Below, one piece after another: positions 10,177 to 19,424 of a DNA stretch of 64,000 bases; position 1 is the first letter of the stretch, and every line of letters starts with the position of its first letter. Made by a program: the position numbers and the translations under genes. Origin of the DNA: Barthelona sp. PCE (taxonomy: Eukaryota); assembly GCA_040285745.1 (NCBI GenBank), contig JAUFOR010000008.1, forward strand, positions 2,046,001-2,110,000. Direction: 5' to 3'. Under the pieces are notes generated by a model. That model had not been told where the DNA came from, did not search any database, and was given only the letters and a program-made list of their open reading frames with translations.

Positions 10177-11076
10177 CTAGTCTGACCCTGATGAATAACC
10201 TTCTGACTCCGTATCTGTCTCGTTGTATACTGCCTGCATCTTTCTCTTGGGCTCTGACTCAGATGATCTCTTCATTGTATGTGTACGAGGTACATCAATA
10301 ACTTCATCGTCATAATCCGAATGAGGATAGTCTTCGTCTGATGAGCCCTCGCTCTCCTGGTCACTCTCATCCTTCTGGAAGATGCTTCCTGAGCCCAAAT
10401 CGAGATCATCATCATATTCAAATGATTCTCTCACTTCAGGAGCTGAAATAAACTCACAGAATTCACCTTCGATGATGATGGTGTGCTCTTCTTCGTACTC
10501 TTCGTTGAAAACACCCATACATTTGATGCCAATCACTGATCCCTCTTCAATACGGACATCAGCATCATCGTTGTGCTCAAACATCTCGCCACGGCCCACG
10601 TACTTGTGTGTGTAGTCTGTCAACTTATCAGTTGTAACATTAACTGTGAAGACATCGAAAAGCTTGGCTGTTATTCTGTCATCATCAACGTGTTCTACTA
10701 GTGCGTTAAGCTGTGGTGTGGTGTTGTCAGGCATGAATATTAGGCACTCGCAACTGCCTTTAATGTGCAAAAATGGTGATTCATCAACATAACGTGAATA
10801 ACTGCTCAATACACGTACGTTGTTATATGTCAACACAATACCCCCAATATCGGCACTGTATGTCAAGATTCTGTTGTTCAATGCTTCATTTATCGATAAA
10901 CTGATATTCTTTGGGAGAAAAACTGGGCTGGCAAATAGACTGAAGTTAAGTTTCACAGTGCGGAACCCCTCCGACACTTTTGCTGAACTCACGGCTTCCA
11001 TATTTGTTGTAAGGTTGTGATATGATGTGTTTTTAGGAAACAAGCTATCCTCAGTGGTCATATCTTTCTCACACAT
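10177..11076 (-). CDS. RPA43: RNA polymerase I subunit A43 (RPA43) with acidic C-terminal tail
   Basis: LNNRILTYSADIGGIVLTYNNVRV..DESPFLHI..LIFMP..LFDVFTVNV is the A43 Rpb7-like/OB pattern. The start may be a downstream Met. Confidence 0.8.
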   Translation of the reverse strand: MCEKDMTTEDSLFPKNTSYHNLTTNMEAVSSAKVSEGFRTVKLNFSLFASPVFLPKNISLSINEALNNRILTYSADIGGIVLTYNNVRVLSSYSRYVDESPFLHIKGSCECLIFMPDNTTPQLNALVEHVDDDRITAKLFDVFTVNVTTDKLTDYTHKYVGRGEMFEHNDDADVRIEEGSVIGIKCMGVFNEEYEEEHTIIIEGEFCEFISAPEVRESFEYDDDLDLGSGSIFQKDESDQESEGSSDEDYPHSDYDDEVIDVPRTHTMKRSSESEPKRKMQAVYNETDTESEGYSSGSD

Positions 11077-12168
11077 ACGAATGAGTTTTTCATAAAGTTT
11101 TGCTCAAATTATAATGTTCAAATGTCATAGTAAATGCTTGTGTGTAAACCACCAAAGTAAAATATTTTTATTGCAACAATATAACAATATATGTAGTTAT
11201 TTCGTGAATTTAAAGAAATATAAGTGTGACACACAATGATCAAGGTGAAAATACAGAATGATCAACGAAGATATTTACTACTTACTTTCACAATTTTCTG
11301 TGGATATACGGTTCAAAAGCAGTATGAGTTCGTAAAACTGTAATGTGTTTGATGTTGAAACTCATAATAAACTGTAGCATCATTAAAAAAGTGTTGACCA
11401 TACACTTTTTTGCTGGTTCTATGAAAGCCTTAATTTTGCATGTATCACTGATGTTTTTGATATAATTTTGAACAGTATATTACAATTAAATGCACTGTTA
11501 AGTGAATGTAAGTTGCATAAAAGGACAAAATTTGTAAAAAATTTGAAAAACCACTGAATCTCAAATTTAAGCTCTGCTACAAACTACTTATTCATTGTGT
11601 GTCTTTAATTCATGTTTTTACACTTCCCCTATTGTAGACCCACTTGAAGAAGCAAAATAAGGTAGTAAATATATAAAGTCTATAATTATTTTCTGTTTTT
11701 ACTCTTAATTAACTCATTTTTTAAATTACGGGTACAACATTTTAAACACCTGTATGTGGATTAATTACTATAGTTTTGTCACTATTCTAAACCAATAACC
11801 ACCATAACTGATTTAAAAGTGATATTTTTTAACTTTTTTCTTTCACTTTTTTTGTTGTTTTCTATAAGTAATTAACCTTAAATATCATTATTTATTGTCA
11901 ATTGCACGTTTTAATTACTGTGCTTAAACAAGAGTAGGGCTATCGAAATATATATCTTATATCAGTATCATTGGCAAGAAATAAGAAGCGTATGGAAATT
12001 TAAAACACACAATAAGGACAGTTTATCATGAAGTATTAGTTATATCTGTTTTGTTTGTAGAAATTTGTGCTGACCCTAATTATGCTTGAAAATTGATTAT
12101 AGCAAGAAAATGATAGACACGCGCAGATAAACTTCGATTTTTTTGACCGGTTATTTCATTATTAATGC

Positions 12169-12198
12169 GTGAGTTAATTTAATACTGAAATTTTCCAG
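12169..12198 (+). other. Candidate 30-nt spliceosomal intron
   Basis: GTGAGT...AATACTGAAATTTTCCAG. Removal joins ATG C (12165-12168) to GT GTG CTT CCA..., giving MRVLPNDELTHLRTSF. Confidence 0.45.
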
Positions 12199-12304
12199 GT
12201 GTGCTTCCAAACGATGAATTGACACACTTGAGGACATCATTCCAGAACTTAAATCTCTTTTTAGATCTTTTACTACCTACATAACCCATCAAAAAGATGT
12301 GCAG

Positions 12305-12336
12305 GTTTTCTATTTTTTTACATACTCAAATTTTAG
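12305..12336 (+). other. Candidate 32-nt spliceosomal intron
   Basis: CAG|GTTTTC...CATACTCAAATTTTAG. Shares the 3' pattern ATACTnAAATTTT..AG with the 12169-12198 candidate. Confidence 0.4.
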
Positions 12337-12460
12337 AAGCATATATGCTATTGTATGCATTACTGGAAACTAGCACATATCAAAAACACAATAAAGATTT
12401 AGAGAATTTCATTCGTTACACTTTTTTCACCTATTTGCAACCAGTACACATCACATAACC

Positions 12461-13153
12461 ATGAATCTATGCATGAGGCGGCTGAGGCTCGTTGAAGCAG
12501 CTGTTAGCAAGAGGGGGTCCGATTTTGAATATATTGAGAACATATTTAGCAAGGAAGAAACACTTATACACAACACATTATTAATATCTCCACAGGGGTT
12601 CATTGAAATGCTGCCCGAAAAGGGTTTATTCATGGAATCCATGATGAGTCTATGTACATCATTGGATACACTTCTTAAAGAGCGTAATCATCTTGAGTTT
12701 TTGCGGCTAATCGATCAATTGTGCGTGGAACATGACTTTATATTTACAGGAGATACAATTGCAAAGAAAAAAGCAGTGAGTTTCACAATGGTTCCAAATT
12801 TACCTCGCATTTCAGAAAGCATAAAATCACATGTATTTAAGTCATCAGGTTCAGTATACCTCGCCGTGCTTAAGTTGCCATTTGAGTCCCTTCCCTTTAA
12901 ATTTCGATGTAGTATGCAACATTTAGTTCTTCAATGTGTTCAAACTTTAAGAAGAGTATATAATCAGTTTTTATCGATTCAAGATGTATTATTGTTCCAT
13001 ATAGATGTCTTTGATAGGTTTGAAACTCTTGTGAAACACCATTTCTTCAATTATTTATTTGATGCATCTCATAATTCAATATCCAGTGCAGCAGATAGAC
13101 AACTACAAGGTCTTCAGACGATCTTCGAGCAATATCGAATTATGGTGCAATAA
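12461..13153 (+). CDS. Hypothetical helical protein; may extend upstream to ATG 12165 via two short introns and two frame breaks
   Basis: 230-aa ORF in AT-rich DNA. Its stop is embedded in AATAAA (13149-13154), like many real genes here. No family recognised. Confidence 0.55.
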   Translation: MNLCMRRLRLVEAAVSKRGSDFEYIENIFSKEETLIHNTLLISPQGFIEMLPEKGLFMESMMSLCTSLDTLLKERNHLEFLRLIDQLCVEHDFIFTGDTIAKKKAVSFTMVPNLPRISESIKSHVFKSSGSVYLAVLKLPFESLPFKFRCSMQHLVLQCVQTLRRVYNQFLSIQDVLLFHIDVFDRFETLVKHHFFNYLFDASHNSISSAADRQLQGLQTIFEQYRIMVQ

Positions 13154-13164
13154 ATATGTTAGTC

Positions 13165-14277
13165 TTAAGCTTCAACTTCTGTAACCCAGCCGAAAATATC
13201 TTCAACACCTTCGTTACCGTACTGCATACCTGTAAGAGTGCTGAAAATTTGTTGTGTGGTTTCACCAACGGGGTACTTGACCTCGAACTCTTCGCCCTTG
13301 TACTCAAGCTTGTTAACGGGAGAGATAACAGCAGCCGTACCTGTACCAAAGATTTCGACGATTTTCTCATCACGGATCTTTTGAACAATCTCTTCAATGT
13401 CAAGGGGCTCTTCAACGACCTCAATGTGCATAATTTCACGAGCAATTTGAAGTACAGACTTTCTTGTGATACCGTGGAGGATAGTTCCATCGAGCTTGGG
13501 AGTACGGAGAATACGTCTATCACCGTCTTGTTCAACGAACATAATGTTCATGGCACCAACCTCAGTGATGTAGCGGTGTTCGAGAGCATCTAGCCACAAA
13601 ACTTGGGAGTATCCAGCGTTCTTGGCTCTGAGACCACGTTGAAGGGTAGCGGCGTAGTTACCACCGGTCTTTGCCTCACCAGTTCCACCAGGAGAAGCAC
13701 GAGATTGGCTTGTGGCAACGGTGATAGGAACGGGAGTGAAACCACCCTTGAAATAAGGACCGCAAGGGGAAAGGACAATGCAAAAGATATACTGATCAGA
13801 GGGCTTGACACCGAGAGCTGGGGAGGAACCAATCATGAAAGGTCTGATATAAAGGGATGTCTCGGGTCCGGTGGGAATGTACTGCTTGTCGATCTTGATG
13901 AGCTCAATTGCGCTTTCCATAAAGAGATCAATGGGGACTTCGGGCATGGCCATACGTGTAGCAGACTGGTTGAAACGCTTGGCGTTTTCTTCAAGTCTGA
14001 AAAGGCGGAAACCATTACCCTTTTGCGAGTTGAAAGCCTTGGCACCTTCAAAGATGGTCTGGCTGTAATGGAGGCATTTGGCACAAGGATCGAGTGAAAT
14101 GGGACCATAAGGAACGATGGAAGGGGTCTTCCATTCTCCGTTATCGTACTCAACCATAACCATGCTGCTAGTACGAGCAGCACCGAATCCGAGATCCTGA
14201 TAAGGTAGCACAGCGGGTTTCTTGTCTTCATCACAAGGGGTGTAGTTGAATGTATAGTTTGTAGATTGAATTTGCAT
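13165..14277 (-). CDS. ilvE: Branched-chain amino acid aminotransferase (PLP fold IV, IlvE-like)
   Basis: LGFG, LHYSQTIFEGAKAF, LYIRPFMIG, GEAKTGGNYA (PLP lysine), EVGAMNI, ILHGITRKS and FGTGTAAVISPV. No evident targeting presequence. Confidence 0.95.
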   Translation of the reverse strand: MQIQSTNYTFNYTPCDEDKKPAVLPYQDLGFGAARTSSMVMVEYDNGEWKTPSIVPYGPISLDPCAKCLHYSQTIFEGAKAFNSQKGNGFRLFRLEENAKRFNQSATRMAMPEVPIDLFMESAIELIKIDKQYIPTGPETSLYIRPFMIGSSPALGVKPSDQYIFCIVLSPCGPYFKGGFTPVPITVATSQSRASPGGTGEAKTGGNYAATLQRGLRAKNAGYSQVLWLDALEHRYITEVGAMNIMFVEQDGDRRILRTPKLDGTILHGITRKSVLQIAREIMHIEVVEEPLDIEEIVQKIRDEKIVEIFGTGTAAVISPVNKLEYKGEEFEVKYPVGETTQQIFSTLTGMQYGNEGVEDIFGWVTEVEA

Positions 14278-15001
14278 TATTAAGGGAATTTAGGTAAAGA
14301 AAAAAGTATTTAAGTGTATGAACAACTTAGCTAGGGGATAAAAACCTGCGTGAAAGCGGTGAATAGGGAAGAAAAATATTTTCAAGCATTCTGGTATTTA
14401 TTGATCATCTAACAGTAGGTCTGATGATGATATTGCGCGTGGACCATAATTATAAGCATTTTTTGCCATATCTAAAAGGTTGTTGACTACATTTGACTTT
14501 GATTGAAAAATTTCAATATTTTTTTCAACTTCAAAGTTAGTGCTCGTGCAGCACTCAGTAAAGAAGCGCGTGTAAACCCATGATGCAAATTTACTCCTAC
14601 AAACTACCATACTATTTGTATGAATTTCTCATCACGTGAAAAGAGAATATGGGTATGTTATCAATAAATAGTGATGTCTGACCAAATCATGCTTTTGACA
14701 CGTGATAAAATCATCATTGATGAATGAAACAGTGGTTAAGAAAAAAAACAACCAAATACTTCTTTTACTGGGTTTTTGGAGCGCAAAATTAATCTGGAAA
14801 CACTTTACATTGAAAAAAGAATGAATAAAACAATTTGCCTGACTTATTGATAAGGATGTGCTTTAAAGTTTTTTGGATATAGAACTGCATTGAACCGAGG
14901 TTTTGCTTAATATTACATTCAGATGTTTATATGTGTATGAAACGGAACATTGTTCATCATTAAGTTCATTTTTTATCCCTTGTCATCATTGTTTTTTTAT
15001 A

Positions 15002-16555
15002 ATGGGCAAACAAAAGAAATCAACGAAGAAGTTTATGCAGAAGCATCTGCCTAATGTTATCGAAAAAAGGCATCGCATGAAGAAATATAACAAGAAGGAT
15101 AAATACGGCAAGAAGAAGAAGAACGACAATAGCCTGAAGAAGCAGCACCTCGCAAGTGCACTAGCACAACTAAATAGACCCAAACCAACATTTTGCACAA
15201 TTCCTTTCACAAATGAGGCTGAAGAAGGCGTATGGGAGTCTTACGAACCATTCAGCATACTCATACCACCATTCGTACCTCAGCAACTACTCGAAATTGG
15301 TGATATCAGTGCATTGAAGGAAGCATATATGGGTAGGTTACCAGAGATTGATCTAGAGATCGATGGCGATGATGGATCAATCGAGGGCCTCCCTAAACCC
15401 ATAACAGTTGATCTTCTTTGTTGGTGGGTCGCCTTAGCTTCAGAAGGCAGTGATGATGCTCTAATGTTTTTAACCTTAGCTATTCGATCACTGATTGAGA
15501 CATTGTCGCAGTCTATGGAGTACATCGACGACGAAGAGTGTGAGGAGGAGTTCAACTCCACTATTCTCACACAGTCTCCTATTGCACTTGATTCGGAGAC
15601 TTTCAGATTAACATTTTTGATTGCCACTAATTTTTCTCATATTTGTGAGAACTTTTTCCAGATTGAAAATCGTAACATTTTCGAATTGGGTGTTCCTTCC
15701 GTGGAATCCAAAAAGTTTGGTGCCAAATGGGTTGACAGCAGCAGTATTTTCCAGTTTGTCCTCATGAACTTTGTTTCGCTCATTCACAGATCAATTAGCA
15801 CTGTTGCATTCGATGTTTTGGTGCCCCTGATATCATCCATCACCCCTTATTGCGCTCTCGATGCTATAAAGCCAAACGTACTCGAACTTTTGGATACCAT
15901 CGTTGATGCCTTGCTCATGACAGAAGATGAACACGAGATTGTGGGATTGACACAGTTGAGTGACTTTATATTGAGCACACCCAAGCTTTCTTTTGATGTT
16001 CACTTCGCCTTTGTTCACTACGTACTTTTTGCGATGAAAGAAGGTGATGTAGAGTTTGATGCTTCAGCTCTCGATAAGATTAACCCCATCGTCGTGGAGC
16101 AGTACCTTGGCGCATACGCACAGCACCTCATCACAAACTTTGATGAGGATTCGTTTGAGTTCTTGGTTAGTGTACTAAAAGAGTATAATTTTGCGAGCGT
16201 GAAGCAGGGCGTTATTGCTTTCTGTGATGCCAAACTTAAACAAAGCCCATCCAGTACAACAATGTACGTGTTGTTGAACGCCATGGTACAGTTACTTTCG
16301 ATAGAAACATATATTCCTCTCAAGTTTGGACTCATAAGGTATGTGCAAAGGAATGTGGATACGTTGAAGCAGCGTGGTAAACAATTCGACATGGTCATGT
16401 CTGCCTGCAATAAGCTCCTAGATTACATGAGTCTTGACGGTGGAGAGACCATTGTTGTTTTTATTCTTGATTTGATTAAGCAGCTACCTTTTGAAATGCA
16501 TAAGTCTAATATCGTGAAGAAGCTGAAGCGAAAGGTTGAAAGTAAAATTAATTAG
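15002..16555 (+). CDS. NOC2: Divergent Noc2-like nucleolar protein (60S biogenesis)
   Basis: N-terminus MGKQKKSTKKFMQKHLPNVIEKR resembles the Noc2 basic N-terminal motif. Helical body with ETYIPL near the C-terminus. First ATG at 15002 (the ORF track starts at TTG 14903). Confidence 0.6.
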   Translation: MGKQKKSTKKFMQKHLPNVIEKRHRMKKYNKKDKYGKKKKNDNSLKKQHLASALAQLNRPKPTFCTIPFTNEAEEGVWESYEPFSILIPPFVPQQLLEIGDISALKEAYMGRLPEIDLEIDGDDGSIEGLPKPITVDLLCWWVALASEGSDDALMFLTLAIRSLIETLSQSMEYIDDEECEEEFNSTILTQSPIALDSETFRLTFLIATNFSHICENFFQIENRNIFELGVPSVESKKFGAKWVDSSSIFQFVLMNFVSLIHRSISTVAFDVLVPLISSITPYCALDAIKPNVLELLDTIVDALLMTEDEHEIVGLTQLSDFILSTPKLSFDVHFAFVHYVLFAMKEGDVEFDASALDKINPIVVEQYLGAYAQHLITNFDEDSFEFLVSVLKEYNFASVKQGVIAFCDAKLKQSPSSTTMYVLLNAMVQLLSIETYIPLKFGLIRYVQRNVDTLKQRGKQFDMVMSACNKLLDYMSLDGGETIVVFILDLIKQLPFEMHKSNIVKKLKRKVESKIN

Positions 16556-16572
16556 ATTGGTTACCAGATTAA

Positions 16573-17211
16573 TTAGCGTTGACTCCTGTGACCTCTTCTC
16601 TTTCTGATGGGTTGTTGATCCTGATGCTCCTGCTGAATTTGCAAAAGTTCTTCCCTGCTTGATCCGCGTTCACGACCATAGTAATTTTTGTTATCGAAAT
16701 CAGTCTCTCGAATAACAATATCAATTGCCTGTTTCACTAATCTGTTTTGAATTTCCTGATAGTATTTGTCATTTTCTGGATCTGTCTCACGTTCATTAAA
16801 GAACGGATCGTACTCAAAAGTAGGTTTGTCGACATGAGAATCAAGGAGTCGAAGTTCAAGATCAAAATTAGTACCTTGCTTTGATTTCTTCTTTTTTACC
16901 TTTCGTTTCTTCACTTTCATCTTCTCAACTTTCACTTTCTCTTCACCAACTTCACTTATTTCCTTCGGTTCGGTGGTTTTTGTGCTTGAATTAACACTAA
17001 TATTAACTGCACGTTGCTGCTCAAAAATTCGCTCGAAATTTTCCAGTTCTTGCTGCTTCAATAACTTAACTTCTTCATCGATACCCTCACGACGTAGCAG
17101 TCTTTTGAGGTTTCTGATCTTCGAACGTAAGAATCTGTTACTGTACTCAGGTTTTTTATCGACAGGTTGATTGATCCTGTCGGTTTCTGTATTATTTTCA
17201 GCGTCCCCCAT
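16573..17211 (-). CDS. Efg1-like rRNA-processing protein (divergent)
   Basis: LRSKIRNLKRLLRREGIDEEVKLLKQQELENFE resembles the Efg1 N-terminal motif; Lys-rich, NLS-like stretch. CCTTTTCA lies upstream. Confidence 0.5.
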   Translation of the reverse strand: MGDAENNTETDRINQPVDKKPEYSNRFLRSKIRNLKRLLRREGIDEEVKLLKQQELENFERIFEQQRAVNISVNSSTKTTEPKEISEVGEEKVKVEKMKVKKRKVKKKKSKQGTNFDLELRLLDSHVDKPTFEYDPFFNERETDPENDKYYQEIQNRLVKQAIDIVIRETDFDNKNYYGRERGSSREELLQIQQEHQDQQPIRKRRGHRSQR

Positions 17212-17235
17212 GCAAATTCTGCCAAAATTAGGTGA

Positions 17236-17243
17236 TGAAAAGG
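17236..17243 (-). promoter_or_regulatory. CCTTTTCA candidate core-promoter/initiator element (Efg1-like gene)
   Basis: Exact CCTTTTCA 24 nt upstream of ATG 17211, within a 96-bp divergent spacer. Confidence 0.5.
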
Positions 17244-17307
17244 TGAGAATAGCGAAAGCAAGGTTGTAGGTTCGTTTTATGTATTATTACCATATTTTGG
17301 GGGTTTT

Positions 17308-19296
17308 ATGTCGATGAATTTTAGCTCATCGTTCAACAGATCAACATTAGATGCTTCAAAAGCTGAGAATTTTGGTTCAGCATTTCAAAGTGCATATTGT
17401 GCTTCTAGTGCATCAGAAGAGGGGAAATCAAACACAGTGGCCACAAGCGGCCTGCACTCAACGGTTATGTGCAAATTTGACCATGTAGAGTCACCAACCA
17501 ACGTTTTAACGCGCACTATTGAACGTACAGTAGTTTTAATTGAGAAGGGAGAAGACTCATTCAGTTGTTTCAGCGACCATAGACTAGTGCTTGGTGACAT
17601 TTTTCCGAACCAAGCGATGGACGAAATCATTGTTTCAAATTCAGCTGTCCCCGTTTTTGATACTGATAACTCATATCTTATGATGCTTGCGTCTTATCTT
17701 TATGAAATGGATAGCAGCGTGACTTTACAGGTTGCGGAGATCCACAATGACTGTGTCTATGATTTACTTGGTGACGTCATGATACCGATGGACTGGCCTA
17801 GTTTGAAGGGTGCTTCCACTGCTGCGTTTGATACCGAGAACCACTTTGCCTTCCTAGTAAGTAAGGCTCTCGCATCGGTACACATCAGGTGCGGTCATAT
17901 TCGCTCACACCTTGTGTTTGCATTCAACGCAATGGGTGTAACCCATCATGTATTTGTGTTTGCAACGCCTTTCGATCTCACAAACGTTCAGGCAAAGGTG
18001 TACCCGTCGGCATTCATCAGTGAGCAGAAGAGTATCACACGTGGCGTTGATGTTTTTATTGATATTGTTTCCAGTATCAAGGACAAGAAGCAGCCTCTTA
18101 TTGCGTGGAGAACGAGTAGGTTGACCAGGGCATTCAAGGCGTACCTGTCAGCATGGTATGGTACATGGGTATGTGACATGAACGGAGATGCACGTGGCAC
18201 AGATCGAATGCTGGAGCTGTTTTCGCTGATTCGATGCATTGACGAACCACTAAAGAGACTAAAAGGTACAACTGAGGAGGATTTACACATTTCCAACATG
18301 AAAGATCTTGAGAGGAGCCATCGATTTCATATGTTGAAGAAGAGCGATGGGGATCTCACATTGAGCAATTTGGGAACGACTACGATGATGCATGACCTTG
18401 ATCTTGGCAACTTAACACAGACAATGGCATCTGCCATTGAAAAAGAGAGGAAGGAGAGCACTCTGCTGAAGTCCCAACTGGAGAGCACTCAGAAGAGGTT
18501 GACACAAATACAGGTGACCAGTGAGAATGCTCGGCTTGACGAGATCACGAGTTTGAAACAGCAATTGAACGCAGAGCGCAATAAGAATCAGGCATTAAAA
18601 CAACGTATGGATAAGATGCAGATGGAACTTGACGAGCAGAAGCGTATGCGTGTTGGGTATGAGCATAAGGTTGAGGACACAATAGAAGAGCACGAGAAGA
18701 GGATATCGCTTCTACGTAAGATCACAGATGGACAACGGGTCGAGTATGAGAAGAAGATAGGCATTTTGTTGGAAGAGCAGGATACGCTTAACCAGACCAT
18801 CCAGGACCAAAACAAGAGGTTTTCTGGCCTATTGGAGACTGTTCGCACGTTGAAGATGGAGTTATCGACTTCATCAGCGACTCTATCGGAAGAGGATCAT
18901 CAGACTTTGCTGGACCTGCAAGATCTCTTCATACAGCAGGCCGAGGACATTAACGGGCTGCACAGCGAGGTGCTGCATGTGACAGAGCAATGGAATGGAG
19001 CACAAAATGAACAGGCCACGATTGTTGTAAGATTTTTTAATTTTGTCTTCAATATAATTCAGAAACTGTTCATGAGCATGAGTGCGCTGCAGGGTCCTAT
19101 GTTGCATAAGTTCTCTGAAGTTGAATCGGAGTTGAATCACATATTCAGGGATATGGAGCGTGTAGATACGTTGTTATCAAATGAATTGAGGAATGTAATC
19201 CCCGAAAACGCCAGAAGCGACCTATTCACCGTACAAGAGTCACTTGTAACGTTCATAAAACTACTTTTGCACATTTTTGAAGTTTTGATTGATTAA
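17308..19296 (+). CDS. Degenerate kinesin-like protein (motor-homology domain plus long coiled coil)
   Basis: Kinesin remnants KFDHV, VTLQVAEIHNDCVYDLL, RSHLVFAF and IAWRTSRLTRAFKAYL. No GxxxxGKT P-loop or DLAGSE. The C-terminal half is coiled coil. Confidence 0.75.
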   Translation: MSMNFSSSFNRSTLDASKAENFGSAFQSAYCASSASEEGKSNTVATSGLHSTVMCKFDHVESPTNVLTRTIERTVVLIEKGEDSFSCFSDHRLVLGDIFPNQAMDEIIVSNSAVPVFDTDNSYLMMLASYLYEMDSSVTLQVAEIHNDCVYDLLGDVMIPMDWPSLKGASTAAFDTENHFAFLVSKALASVHIRCGHIRSHLVFAFNAMGVTHHVFVFATPFDLTNVQAKVYPSAFISEQKSITRGVDVFIDIVSSIKDKKQPLIAWRTSRLTRAFKAYLSAWYGTWVCDMNGDARGTDRMLELFSLIRCIDEPLKRLKGTTEEDLHISNMKDLERSHRFHMLKKSDGDLTLSNLGTTTMMHDLDLGNLTQTMASAIEKERKESTLLKSQLESTQKRLTQIQVTSENARLDEITSLKQQLNAERNKNQALKQRMDKMQMELDEQKRMRVGYEHKVEDTIEEHEKRISLLRKITDGQRVEYEKKIGILLEEQDTLNQTIQDQNKRFSGLLETVRTLKMELSTSSATLSEEDHQTLLDLQDLFIQQAEDINGLHSEVLHVTEQWNGAQNEQATIVVRFFNFVFNIIQKLFMSMSALQGPMLHKFSEVESELNHIFRDMERVDTLLSNELRNVIPENARSDLFTVQESLVTFIKLLLHIFEVLID

Positions 19297-19408
19297 GCTC
19301 ATTTCTATCATTGACATCTTTCATTTACTTTACCACACTCTCCGATTTGCCGCTTCGTGCGAGTTTTTTTTACCCTTGCACGTCTTGTAAAACGTTTTTT
19401 TGTTTTCA

Positions 19409-19416
19409 CCTTTTCA
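19409..19416 (+). promoter_or_regulatory. CCTTTTCA candidate core-promoter/initiator element (strumpellin)
   Basis: Exact CCTTTTCA 8 nt upstream of ATG 19425. Confidence 0.5.
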
Positions 19417-19424
19417 ACTGCGGG

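Noticed and set aside
13140-14234. Several 130-165-aa alternative-frame and antisense ORFs over ilvE
   Set aside because: They are shadows of biased codon usage in a conserved gene and contain no recognisable motifs.
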